Both the position numbers and the translations under genes were made by a program. Below the pieces are notes generated by a model. The model did no database searches. It was not told where the DNA came from and was given only the letters and a program-made list of their open reading frames with translations. DNA of 57,816 nt, counting the filler, from Bipalium vagum (lineage: Eukaryota): assembly GCA_037834085.1 (NCBI GenBank). It is 3 parts of 3 records of this genome, joined end to end, with 100 filler letters (N's around TTAATTAATTAA, not from the genome) between each part and the next. Parts side by side here need not be neighbours in the genome. Positions count along the whole stretch, not along the records: positions 1 to 18,565 come from JBBMKC010025386.1; 2 more parts are not named here. One strand, written 5' to 3'. How positions within the stretch are numbered: position 1 is the stretch's first letter; each line of letters begins with the position of its first letter. Below, one piece after another: positions 1-13,250 of this stretch.

Positions 1-674
1 AACTTATTCATATTTATCCCTTTATAATATATTAATTAATGCTCAAATCTCTTATTCAATATGGTGTAAACAAGACTTCATAAAAAAACTTTAAAAAAAC
101 AATACTAATCTATATAACTAAATTTTATCCAATAAATAATTTCCAACTTAGCATAAATTCCATTCCAAAAACATCATTATTAAATTTAAATTTCCTAAAT
201 AGTATTGATGATATGTAAAACACTAAAACATAATATATAGGTAATAAAATATAGTTAATAATTTAAACTTTAATTAAAAATAATAGCTATTATTATAAAT
301 ATAATATTATTATATTATTATAATTATAATAATAAATAATAATTAAAAATAACTAATAATCACAAACTTCTAATTACCTTAAATTTCTTAAAATGCTCTA
401 GATTTAACTTTAAATTATACTCCACAAAGCTTTCTTATTTAACTTATATTTAAAAAAAATTCTACTGTCTAAATAATCTTTCAATTTTTAAAAATTTTTA
501 TTTTTTATTCTTTATTTTTTATTTTATTTATAACTTTTCCACGTGAAATTATCAAGACTCATGATAATTTTTGGTTTGCCAAAATTTATTAAATTCATAT
601 AACATAGTTCTATCGAATGATAGTGATTTGTTTTGAATTCTCATTTTATTGTTGGCATTTTTCAAACTGTTTTC

Positions 675-789
675 TCATCCTCTGCGTCCGTGGCCTCATT
701 CCTGGATAATTTCTGCTAAATCAAAAGATTAAAAGCATAGTTATGCGGGACTCAGCACAACGGCTTAATTTTGAGATTAAATCAATCTC
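675..789 (+). ncRNA. Candidate U4-like Sm-class snRNA variant or pseudogene
   Basis: 675-695 TCATCCTCTGCGTCCGTGGCC is largely complementary to the conserved U6 segment GGCCCCUGCGCAAGGAUGA. TGCTAA (714-719) matches the U4 stem-I strand. Imperfect hairpin 733-766, Sm-type site AATTTTGA (767-774), terminal hairpin GAGATT/AATCTC (773-789). Lacks the K-turn 5' stem-loop. Manual comparison only. Confidence 0.3.
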
Positions 790-1049
790 TACTGTTTTCT
801 GGGGTACACATCCGACAGAAAAGCAGGAGGATAAAAGGTCAAAAAGAGTAACAGCCTTATAAACACGAACTTCATTCTTAACTCTATCTCGCAAACCAAA
901 TTTTTTTTCCTAGCTCGTTCTTAGCCCTATTTACAAGAAATAACAATGATCAGAGGCAAAACTGAAGAAGAAATGAATCATTGATAATAATTATATATAG
1001 ATTTCTTTCTTTATATACATACATTAATATAATACAGATAAAGGCAATG

Positions 1050-1320
1050 CATCAGGAGTCATCATTGGGTCTGTCTGGTTGTTTGGGTTGGCTTTGCATG
1101 TGATTGAGATAGATATGATACGATTCCTGGACTGCAGATATTTGGAGTTTTTGTGCCAATTCTTTGATTTGTGGTTTTGTTAGGCCCATTTTTTTGATTT
1201 AACTGTATATTATACTCCATAATTAGACAGCTATTCTAGCACTTTAGTATCAAATAATTTTCTGTATTTTACTGATTTCCCAGTATTTTCTTTTTTGCGT
1301 TCTTCACACCACGTAGGACT
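1050..1320 (-). mobile_element. Probable 3' fragment of an RLE-type non-LTR retrotransposon (R2/NeSL-like)
   Basis: Minus-strand translation has a K..KY motif (KRKYWEI) and then MGLTKPQIKELAQKLQISAVQESYHIYLNHMQ...stop, resembling the C-terminus of RLE-clade ORFs. Disrupted by stops and frameshifts. Confidence 0.35.
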
Positions 1321-1780
1321 AAAAACCGAATTTTTATCTGAGCATCTTTAAGAGTAGGATACTGAAGGATGATCTGACTTATCTCAGCAATCTTTTAATC
1401 TCTGGTTTTATCTCAAAAATAATTTGTATCAATAATAAATTAGTTAGATTTATTTAAAAAATATATTTTAGTAAAAAACATTGTTATCTCAATTTATAGT
1501 TGTCACATTTAAATTTTATTTGCAATCCATTTTTTATTTAAGTTTAGCTCCGTGTATACGCACACTTAAACATTTTGAATTATAAATAGTTTATGTTAAA
1601 TTTCTTTAAAGTCCAACATCGGTCTTTTAATTCAACTCTTTAAATACACATTTTCAGGAAACTTAACATATGATATTTATTAATATATTATTATTATTAA
1701 ATTTCAAATATTAAATCAATTGGTTAGGTATTTGTTTTTCTACACCAATTAAAATTTTCTAGTTTTGACTATTTTATAAA

Positions 1781-1865
1781 ATGGACAAATTTGAAATTCC
1801 AATAGTGATCAAATATTTGGTAAAAAAATTATTCAACTACCAAAATCCATCAAGATGTGGTAAGA
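1781..1865 (+). mobile_element. Mariner transposase 5' fragment
   Basis: MDKFEIPIVIKYLVKK resembles the mariner N-terminal MxKxEIRxxIKYxxxKG helix; truncated immediately after. Confidence 0.4.
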
Positions 1866-2989
1866 ATTTCAATTTTTTCTTTAAAAATTGAAGAAAATTT
1901 TCTGTGATGTGATAATAACAAGTTGAATACTTTTAAAAAATTATCAATGGAAAATATGCTTATATTACTTAAAAAAACTTTAATTATTCAATTAAAATTT
2001 TTTATAAAATAAGAAAAAACACTTCCGCCACTAAATATATTTGAAATTATTAAAATGAAATTGATTTATTGTAGAAACTCTTTTTATTACATAATAAATC
2101 ATTAATAAATTTCTTTAAGTTTGTTCTATTTAATATAATTATATTGAAAATATTTTTAGGAAATAAGGTTAAATAATGTAATATTTTGTGATTGTTATTA
2201 ATTTACTAAGCTATCATTTTGATTTAAAATCATCGGAAATAAAAAAGATTTTTTCAGATTTTTCACTGTCAATCCTAAAACCAATTAATTTTTAAAAACC
2301 TAAATAAACTTAAATTACAGTTTCCTTTCTAAATTCTTAAAAAATGTTTAATTATTAAATTTATATTTAAAATTATTTTCAATAATATCTTCACATTTCT
2401 TTCTATTAAAAATTTTGAGCTTCAAATAAAAATTATATATATTATCTTTTTTTACTCTTGTTTATATATATCAATTACATTAAATTTGAAGCAAATATAT
2501 AAATGATATTATAAAATCTTGAGTTTTCTCTTAATAAAAAGTTGAACTAATCTGTTTAACTTAAATAACTGAAACGTAAGTTTTTCTAAGTGTTACATTT
2601 AAATATATATTTTTCATATTCTATTATCACAAGTAATAATCTAATAATTTTATTATAACGTTATTTAAAATTTTTATTATATGATGTTAAAATTTATTGT
2701 GTAATATACTTACGCTACATATTTATTTTTATATTTTAATATTTATGGGAAAAATTCGTTTAATCAAGCTATTTTTCAAAAATAATGTATTCTAAAATCA
2801 CGATACTTTATTTACCAAGCGATGACTCATTTCAAAGTATTGATAATTGGATTCAGTAGCATTCTGAATTTTAGTAGTAAAAAGCATCAAATAGTCTGTG
2901 TAGTAATGCTAATCATGTTATTTTACTGACATTTAATTTTTTATAAGAATATTAATTTTGTCCTTTGCAAACATTTATTTTTCCTAAAA

Positions 2990-3893
2990 AAGTCATCATG
3001 TACACAAATTAATTTTAGATTAAGTTTTCTATTTTAAGTCAAAAGTTTGCGAGGAAAATCAGATTAATCGACAAGAATTTTTCATACTTGTGAGTGTACC
3101 ATTTTTCTTTCACAAAAAGTAATTAACTAAAAACTTAATATAAGACTTCATAGTTCAAATTATGTAACTTTTTTGGTTTTGCATTTTCTTGGAGGAAAAT
3201 AGGTTCTTTTCCATTAGAAAATATTGTTGATTTTCAAGCAACTTCTGATGCACTATTTTAAATTTGTTGCAAAAGTATGACTGAGTTTGTTAAGATTCAC
3301 ATGGTATCAGAAATTTATAGATAATTAATCTTGTTATAGACAACCCTAACACTGGTCATAGTCTTTTTTGCGTAAAGGGTTTGATTAGGCACATGTTTTA
3401 GTTTTTCATCTTCATCCAACCATTGTGCTTTTTTTCTTCGATTTTCTTTTAAGACTCATTTCTAGATTCAGGTTATAATTCGTCACAAAAATGGATCATT
3501 TCCGTTCCGAACAATCAAAGAAAAACAATTTTTGAATATCTACTTTCTTTTCATTTGGTGTGGGATCCACTTATCGAGGTTTTTTTATCTTACCGGGCTC
3601 TTTAGAATGTCAGGAAATGGTTGACACAGTAACACTCAATTTTTAGATTTTCTCATATCACTTTCAGCTACGGCTTTCAAATGGAAGTTACTAACTTTCA
3701 TTAGCCGGTCTTCCACGATCATCGTTTTTAATGTTGAAGTTACCACTATTAAAATTTGAAAATATCGTTGTGTTGATCGTTCACTTACAGAACCATTATT
3801 GCATACGAAATTATTTTTTCTATTTGATTCTGAGAATTATGAGATTGTATTCATAGATACGGCAAATTTGAATGTTACACTCAATTTTTCCAT
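2990..3893 (-). mobile_element. Decayed mariner (DD34D) transposase
   Basis: Broken minus-strand frames give SVSERSTQRYF..FNSGNFNIKNDDRGRP, VSTIS.H, KWIPHQ (WVPHEL motif), NDPFL, ENRRKKAQWLD and a VHDD remnant of HDNA; multiple frameshifts. Confidence 0.85.
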
Positions 3894-6377
3894 GTCCTAA
3901 AAATGGGACAAATGCAACTAGTGTTTTTTAAAAATTAAACTTCTTACTTTTAGAGTTATATAAAATTGAAATTTGTGCTTCAGTTTCATAAATTAAAACA
4001 ATTATTATCAAAAAAATCTTTATTCTGAAAATAATAAAACTAAAATTCCTTCATTTCACGTGGGCAACCTGACACTTAACCTTTTAAATTTAACAGCTGA
4101 ATACTAAAGCAAACTGTTTATAGGGTGCAGTTCCAATTTATTGACATCTTTAAGTTGTACATGCGGTACCAGCATAATAGCTAAATAATCGACCAATTAC
4201 TTGTCTTATAATTGTGATGAGAGCCATACCTTTTGATTATAATGGCAATAGTGCTTTAAATGTTTTCACCAATGATTAGTGTTTTGTTACCTTTTTTAAA
4301 GAGCTTTCAATCAATTTCAGGACAATATCAGTTAAATTTATCACTAAAAGCTGTTGCAATTCAAATGAAGAGTTCTAGTGGAAATAATTTTTTCTTAGAT
4401 TTATTATTAGTTAATAAAAATAATAATACAATAATAATAAAATAATAATAATAATAAAATAATAACATGAAAAAAACTTCTAGTTAAAAATTTCAAATAA
4501 AAAGAAATTGGTTTGCACATAACTTTTTATTTGAGTTTTATATCTTTCATAAAGAAAATTTGACTAAAAAATTAGTAAAAAAGAGTAAGAGTATAAAAAA
4601 TATAGTAAACTGGAAATTAGTCTGAGAATAAGTCGCATTAATAGAGAACAAAATTCAAAAAATGAAGAATGAATTTTACATTTTATTTTACGAGATTTTA
4701 GTTGCAATAAACTTTATGAAACAAGTATGAAAAAAGCTTTCTATACAAAAATGTAAATAATTGGTTTTTCTTTATATTTGGTCTTCATATTGTATTAAAA
4801 TCATTATAAGTTCAGGTACTTATCAGTACTTTCGAATTTTGAGCCTATTATATCCTACAATAAAACCTTTGGGCAAAAGGTTGGACAATCAACACTACAT
4901 TGTTTCAAAATAGCTTTGAATACATAGATGAATTTCTGAGAATTATTTATCTCAAAGAATTTCATTTATTTAAAAGTTTATTTTTCAATTTTTACCAAGA
5001 TAAAATTTTTATTTTATTTCACACGTGTTTCTTTTAGAATGAGTATTTACAAATGGAACAAAGAATAATAAGAAATTGATAAAGGATTTGATTATAATTC
5101 TAATGGCAGTATAAATTTAACCATTCTCAATTCTATTTCATCACTTTTTGAATCCAAGGTCACGAAAATTTTTTTTACAATTTACAATATAAAAGATTAT
5201 GTAAAAAATTTATATCTATTGCTAAATTATTAACCGAACTTATTAACCTGACCCTTCAGTAAAAGTCATATCTATTTAACTATTTCAAAAGACAAGTAAG
5301 ATAATAAAATTTATTAATCGCACATAATTCAATAAAATAGATCAAATAATACGACTACATCTGTTCCTGTACTGCGAATAACGTGATGTTTACTAAAATA
5401 TCAATACAATTGTAAAAATAAATCAATAATAAGTAAGATGAATCAATAAATAAAATCTTAATCACCCAAACTGGTAGGCGGAAATATAAAAATAACTAAC
5501 GGAAATTAATGAAAAAAAATTAAACCAATTTAATGGTAAAAATAAATTCATAAATAAAAATGAAATACTTACTTTTGCTCGTTGACGAATCTCTCCTGGA
5601 ACTGGCTAGGGATCCGAAAATGATACTTGGGCATAAAACATTCTTGAAATTATATAATCCCACTTGGCCCTTTATTTTGTTTTAGAAGTCAACAATTTAT
5701 TAAATGAATAACAGTCTAGTATCATAGTTTAAATTAATTAACGGAATAATCGAGATTTTTAAAAATAATTTTATTTGTTTTAATCACAATTTCATAAAAT
5801 AATGTTGGTATTTCTACAAATTAATATTTAAAAGGACTTTCTTTAAAAATGATGAATCATTAATGAATTGTTCATTTGTTAACAATCAAACTAGAATTTA
5901 TAAATATATTATACTTAAAAGGACTAGTTTCTTAAAGTAAACTGATAATCAATTTACAGTAAATTGTTTATACTGAGGTAAAGGTTATTAATGGTGGTCT
6001 GGATAATCGAGTAACTCCGAATTTTTTTTCTTTATAAGTAAAGAATGGTTTTCCTCATTAAATATTTTTAATATTCATTAACGCATTTGTCTTTTAACCA
6101 TCAGTGATATCGCAATATTCGGAGAAAGAATCGCGTAGAAAATCAAATTAGTATTATAAATAGTATTTAAAATATTTCTGTTGAAATATTAAAAATCTCA
6201 ATTTAAAACCAAATAATGTCATTAATCGAATAAACTAATAATTATATTATAATATAAAATTAAAAAAAATATAATAAAAATATAATATATATATAAGAAT
6301 GTGCATAATAAATTATTATAATTATGATTATTAAGAATTATTATTATCTATTTTTATACTATACGGTATTTATAATA

Positions 6378-6951
6378 CCGTAGATACTTGAATATAAGTA
6401 GAGGTTTTTTTTTCTATAAAATGTGATGAAAAAAATGGGGTCTACTTATATAAGAGTCATAGCAGTTTTAACCAATATAATAACTGTATTTATGGAATGT
6501 ATCACATTGTGTTCATAATTGAATACGGGTTATCATTTATGTTTAGTTTTGTTCCAATATTTCTCAGCATCACAGTGCTACGCATGATAAATTTATTTCA
6601 ATTTTCTCACAGCTGACGACTTCTATTCAGACCATATGACTAATGAGCAGGCATTGTAACTTCTTCAATCAGACTCGGATTCCGAATTTTGTGGTTTTGA
6701 ATAAATGTTACTTATGATGCCATGTTTGTAAATAAAAATATATAAATATTATCACGAATATTTTGCAATAAAGTATCAAAAGATTGACATTTTCCTTGTT
6801 ATTTTATGTTATTTTCCAAATGTACAAAAGAGGAAACTACCCAGTCATATTTTTACCTTGACTTATATAAGAGTCATACGATTTTTCACAGAATTTCCCA
6901 TTTTCCTCCTCGACTTATACACGAGGTCGAATTATATTCGAATATCTACGG
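6378..6951. mobile_element. Non-autonomous pogo/Tigger-type TIR element (MITE), TA TSD
   Basis: Left TIR TA|CCGTAGATACTTGAATATAAGTAGA; right TIR (reverse complement) TA|CCGTAGATATTCGAATATAATTCGA. Subterminal ACTTATA(T/C)A(A/C)GAG repeats at ~6444, ~6861 and ~6913. Confidence 0.85.
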
Positions 6952-8378
6952 TATATAACAATTAAAATAATTAAATTTAATTTTAATCATACTACTTGTT
7001 AAATACTACGATAATTTATTTTTTTGAGTCCGGAATTTATGTAAGCCAGATCAATATTTTGATGTTTAATTCGAAAAATAATTCCGTCTTCATTTTGACA
7101 TATAACCATCTCAGCAAAAATTTTGTCAAGCGCCAGTATTTTTTTTGATCTGTTTATCACAATCTGTTTCTAGCATAAATTTATAAATATTTTTTGCAAA
7201 AAGGATAATAATAATAATATTAAAATTTTTCTTTCCTATTTATTAATTTGGTGTTATCTTTATTATTTCATTTATTAAACATTTTCAATCTATTTTCCAT
7301 TTACTTTTCAAAAAAATGTTTTTGTCTTCGTCAATTTATATCTGATTATTAGTAAATTTTCTATTCAATATTTTTGATATTTATTTTAACACTATTGGCA
7401 ACCCACTCTTTATTCTCAACATAGCTCTGATCATAATATTTTTACAATTTGTTTTAAATTTCTTACAAATAGAAGAAGAAATATAAAAAAATATTATCTT
7501 TTATTAAACAGGTTGTTGGAAAAGTCAATCTACAATTTTAACCTTTGGTAAATGTGAAAAAGCAAAACTGATAATTCTTTGTGATTTTTATTTATATTAC
7601 CAGAACCGAAAGTTTTTAATGTTATAAAGTGTGCTCAAAATCATGTCCATTATCATCTCTGCGTAACAAAACATGTAATTGCAAATTTTCATTTCTCTCC
7701 AGAATTTATTCATTTATTTTATGGCAGACATTTACTTCAACTTATACATGCTGGATATAGACTCACGAAAAACTGTTTTTTTTGTTGGAAATGTTGATTT
7801 TCTCAATATCCTGTCTTTCTATTACTTATAAATATATAATATATTATAATTTTTGCATTTTGTAAAATATTTTAATAAATATAACAATATTTAATATTAA
7901 CTAGCCAAAATAATTCGAGTTTATGATAAGTTGATGAGGCACAAATTTATTATTTCTTTCTCAAATAATTAAACATGTAACCGTCAAAATCTTCCTTATT
8001 AATTTAATTTGATTAAATTTATATATAAAAAGTGAAACCTTAACCTTCTACTTATGACTGTTTGAGGCTCTCAGGCATATTTGAAACAACATATGTCCTA
8101 AATACCAATTAATTTGCAATAAAGTTGCTCTACACATTTTAAGTTTAATCAGATGAATAAAAATCTTTACATTATTTGCTTTATCGCTTATTCTTTCTGT
8201 CAATCAAGAAAGATTTCCCCGTTTCGAGAAATAATTAATTTTCTCTAAATAATTTTATCAAGTGGGATTATAAACCTGCTGATTAACTTTAAGAATTGAT
8301 GTCTCTATTGATACTTTCCTTGCGTTTATTATTCTATATATGTAATTAAAATAATTATCGAAGACTAGACAATGAATG

Positions 8379-8445
<67 letters not shown>
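8379..8445. repeat. (ATT)n microsatellite, ~22 units
   Basis: Directly visible perfect trinucleotide run. Confidence 0.98.
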
Positions 8446-8446
<1 letters not shown>

Positions 8447-11093
8447 ATACTAAAGATGATTTTTCGTTAAATACTATTATTTTATAAAACTCAATCATAT
8501 TAATATTAATAATAACAATAATAATAGTAATAAAACTAAAAATAAAATAAATAATAAGTAACAGTAACCTTAAAATATAAACAAATTAGTATTCTATAAA
8601 CAAAATACATACAAACGTAAGCAAAATTAAAGTCCTAGTTATAATGACAAGGAATGGTGAAAAAATCGATATAGGGTATAAAATATGAAGATCTTAGAAT
8701 AGTGAAACGTTATTTTATAGATATAACTGTCTCCAAAAACATATCAAAATATCTTCATCTAAGCACCATTGTGATAAAGTAGATTATGATACCTTTTATT
8801 TTAATACAATAAACATGGAAAAACTCGAAAATATCTGATTTTTAATATATTCGAAAAAGGAACTCTAATTATCGTAAACATTTGAGATATAAAGACTAAA
8901 GGAAAGAAATGAATATTTAAAAATGAAATTAATGAAAGAAAGAATGTGATTAACTATTTTCTATGATTTTTGATGTAGGTTAAAAAAGGAAGAATCCTTG
9001 GATCGTTTATTAATTATAAAAGAATGTCAATATAGGTATGAATTTGAAATAATATAAATTTATGGTTTTTTTATTGTGTAAATACCTTTAAGGTAACCGG
9101 AAAATGAACAAATATGACAGTAAACTGTGCATTATTTTGTATAATTTCTACAATTTGTATGATTGCTAAAGAGCTGAAAATATGAATCTCATATTATACA
9201 TGATATGTTAATAATGTCGAAAAAATTTCTGACACCAAATGGAAGACTCCATATTATTTCGTTAATACAATTTCCGATAAATTCGTGGACAGTGACTTAT
9301 TACATCTTACAGAATCCAAATCTTGACTCTAATGCATTTATGAAAAACGTTTTTACTTCTTTCCTTAATCATTATTGAGAAACAAAACTTTTTAGAATAT
9401 CACTAAATATGATAAAAAGAAAATCATGGAAGAATGAAGTTGCTGAAGAAAGAAAATGATCCCCGAAATTCCAACATCACTGCAAATTGAGTAAAAAAAT
9501 TCGAATTAAAAATAGGTGAAATACAGAGAGATAGTTATCCCAGATAATGCATTCTGACTTCCTTTTCCATTGAACTTGATCTTGGGCAGTTTTTAAGATA
9601 TCTTATATACATATTATAATGATCAGTTAGTTTATTAATATTTCTTTGCAAGCAACAAATCGATTAGGTATCCTCTTATTATTTTAGTTCTGATTAATAC
9701 AAAATTCTAAATTGAATATTTATTAAATACCCAGTGTAGATGATCCAAGGTTGACTATTTCCAAAAGGAACAATCGTCTTTTCATAATCGATCTGTTCAC
9801 TAAACAGTCTTATCTCAATTCCAATTTTAATCTAATTAAATGAGAATTCTAACCGTTATCCCTATTGCATTGTTATTGGACTGTGTTATTACTGAGATGA
9901 AAATGAAAGTGTTACTTTATATTATATTATTTTATCTCCGCTTAATATTGGTCAACTAAAATACAATTTTAAACTAACCTATCCTCTTCATTAAAAGTTA
10001 CAGAAGAATTTTGATAAACGATTTTTATAAAGCGAAACCCAACATCGCATTCACTGCGGAGAACTTAGATTCATTTTTATATTTAAAGGTAAACATGATA
10101 ATTCCATCAAGCCTCTCTCTCACAATCTTGCAACTATCACAATTTAGTTTTTCTGAATATCAGCTTTCGTGGATGCGGTGTATTAGGTTTAAAGTACATA
10201 AGTTTTTATTATTTATTTACTCTACTATGACAAATCTGAAAATTCCAAAAAAATTTTCATTACGAAACAACGGGAATTCGATATTTTTATAAAATAAATC
10301 TAAATTTTATATCATTATAAATTATAATATTATGCATTATATTTTAATGTAGACTTAACATAAAGTACATTTGTAATTTATTTTTAAATATTTATAATTT
10401 ATTTATATTATTATTGTAAATTTTATATTATTACTAAAAGTATTATAATAATATTGAAATTGTGAGTTTAAATTAAATGCCTTGTACTCCTTACACTTCC
10501 CACTCCAAAATGTGAACAGTCGTGGTCTGTGGTTTTTTGAGTTGTCCATTGACAATGGATATTTCTAAACTGAAATCCTTGAAGCAGAATATTTGGCAAA
10601 AGAATTTTTGGAAAATGACATTAATTAAAGCAATGAATTAAAATTTTGAAAATGTTTTCGTCTACGCAAGCCTAATTTATCATAATGATCAAGTCTACTA
10701 GGAGAACATAAGGAACAAGCTGAAAATATTTACCAATAATTTTTTGGCCAAGCTTATGGTAATTGAGCAAAACCCCTAGAGAAAAAAAACCAATCAATCT
10801 TATTTCCAAATGATTTTTATCGCACTTGAGCTTTGATATGAGAAGTGAAGAGAGGTGAATATTGACAAAATATCATTCTACAATGAGATTATGTTATTGT
10901 CAAATCCGAAATGTGACTGCAAAACTTTCATAAGACTGAGAAATAGGTGAAAGCATTTCACACTACTCTTGTCATATGTACTCCACTGTGTACTCTATCA
11001 TAATTTACGTTAAAAATAATAACGCACCAAATTGGATCGCGAATATCCACTATAAATAGCATGGTAATTTGAGTCGCTAAAACCGCTTCTGTG

Positions 11094-11119
11094 ATCATCA
11101 TCATCATCATCATCATCAT
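11094..11119. repeat. (ATC)n microsatellite
   Basis: atcatcatcatc... ~8 units. Confidence 0.9.
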
Positions 11120-11901
11120 AATGATCAATAAGAGTGAATTATTCTCGTCGTCTAGACTCTAAATCTGATTCGCAAGTTAATAATAAAATTCAAGAAAATA
11201 TTGATCAACTCATTTTGCCACTGACGAGTTTTAAATTTAATTTTTTCTTAATTTCTGCTGTATTTTATTTTTTGGTTTTGTCATTTACAATGACATTATT
11301 ATGAAGCCCTGTCAGAGGTTCTTCCTAGCTTCAGTTTGAGCATGGGACTCGATAACTGTTTGTCTTTGTGACATTTGTTGACTTTGGAAAAATCTCAATT
11401 CGCGAAAACCTTTCGATTATTACATGTAATATTCTTGAAAAAATAATCTACAAAAAGTTTTTTACAAAAAAGAATTTCCTAGCCAATCGATATGAATTAT
11501 TCGAGAAATCAATATATTTTCGCTCTTAACAGTCCAATGTCAGTCTTCATAGAAAATTTTGAATTTAAACCAATTATTAAAAAAAAGTTTTATATTTCCA
11601 ATTTCTTTTTCAATTCTTGGCATTTCTTCTTTATATCGCTTTGAATTATTTTTATTTCCTTCCGGTTTTTGATATATTCTTACTTTCAATTTTAATTTAA
11701 CAATGCTTTCTGCTAAACGAAATGCTTATTCACTTTTCTTCATTTTTCCAAGTGGTTTCTTAATGCCCATATTTTAGGCAATATTTTCCGTTAACTTCAA
11801 AATCTGTCATTTGTACTGAATCTTCTACATTTTTATTTTTAGAATTTTTGGAATCTTGGAAATATTTTCCCATTTTTAAGCACTCTTTGAAATGTTAACA
11901 A

Positions 11902-12043
11902 NNNNNNNNNNNNNNNNNNNNNNNNNNNNNNNNNNNNNNNNNNNNNNNNNNNNNNNNNNNNNNNNNNNNNNNNNNNNNNNNNNNNNNNNNNNNNNNNNNN
12001 NNNNNNNNNNNNNNNNNNNNNNNNNNNNNNNNNNNNNNNNNNN
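11902..12043. other. Assembly gap (N run)
   Basis: Run of n. Confidence 1.
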
Positions 12044-13175
12044 CATTTCAAAACCGGCCAATGTTTTATTAAAACACTCTAGTAATCGTATTTCGTTGAT
12101 AATTTTTGCTATTTTTGCCAAATATTTCATTTTTTGCTGTTTATATATAAATAACTATTGTACATATCGTATATATTTGTAATAGTTATATTTTCTTTTA
12201 CTATGAAACATTTCGCTTCTGCTCATAACATATTGTTGTTATATGTTATTAATATTTGCTATGAGCATAATCTGACAGTCACCTAAATGAAAACTTTTTA
12301 TTTTCAGTTTTTATTGGCCTTGAATTAATTCATTTGTTTGTTTGTTTTCTGCATTTTATCATGGAAATGTTTCCCATTATCAAAGGGTTGAATTCTGATT
12401 AAATTAAATTTTTTTTATAAAACTATTACTTTATCGTTTTTCTATTAAACATTAAAAGCCGAATGGCAACAAAATTCTAAAAAATTATTTTTTCTATTTT
12501 AAAACTTTTTCTCTCTGATAAATTTACGTTAAATGTATACGGGGACAAGGTTTTACAATTGATTTCATGAATTTATTAAGACTCTAAACATGAAGGGCGT
12601 CACTTGTAATGATTAATTAACCAAATATAAAAATAACCGTTGCAGAAGAGCCGAGCGGCCCTAATTGTTAGATAAATGAAAACTATGAAGTACTACTCAC
12701 ACTTAATCAATTTCTTCCGAAGATTGTCAGCCGCTTTTCCCACGAGATTTAAAATAAAATATAATGCATTAGTTGAAAGGCAAAAGTAACCTACGTACAA
12801 TTTTATTGTGAGTTTTACTTGAGACGTGGTAAATTTTGGGTCAGGGGTATTTTTTAAAATAAAGATTTCAGTACCATTACGTTTGATTTTAAATATGAAA
12901 TTTATAATTAGTTAATCTTTTGAAGTGGTTTAATAAAGATTATTAATTTAAAAAATTTTAAGGTCATATTTTGAAATATTACAAAGAAAATTCATAACCA
13001 AAGTAACTAATCTTGTAATAATTTTGTAAAAATAATGATGATAGACAGGCATTTGATTAAAGTATGGAATTTAATCAATCTTTTATTATAAATTATTTTA
13101 GAGCTTGGGATTTAAAGGTCTTTTTAAATTTTATTAAGTTCTTCAATAATTTTCGGAAGTAGCAACTAAAACTAA

Positions 13176-13250
<75 letters not shown>
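13176..13250. repeat. (AAT)n microsatellite, ~25 units
   Basis: Directly visible. Confidence 0.98.

Noticed and set aside
5038-5158. Exon-like segment bounded by TTTTAG and AAG|GT
   Set aside because: Stops in all three frames.
11839-12182. Three ORFs spanning the first gap (also 41669-41932 and 39611-39799)
   Set aside because: Length is an artefact of translating Ns.
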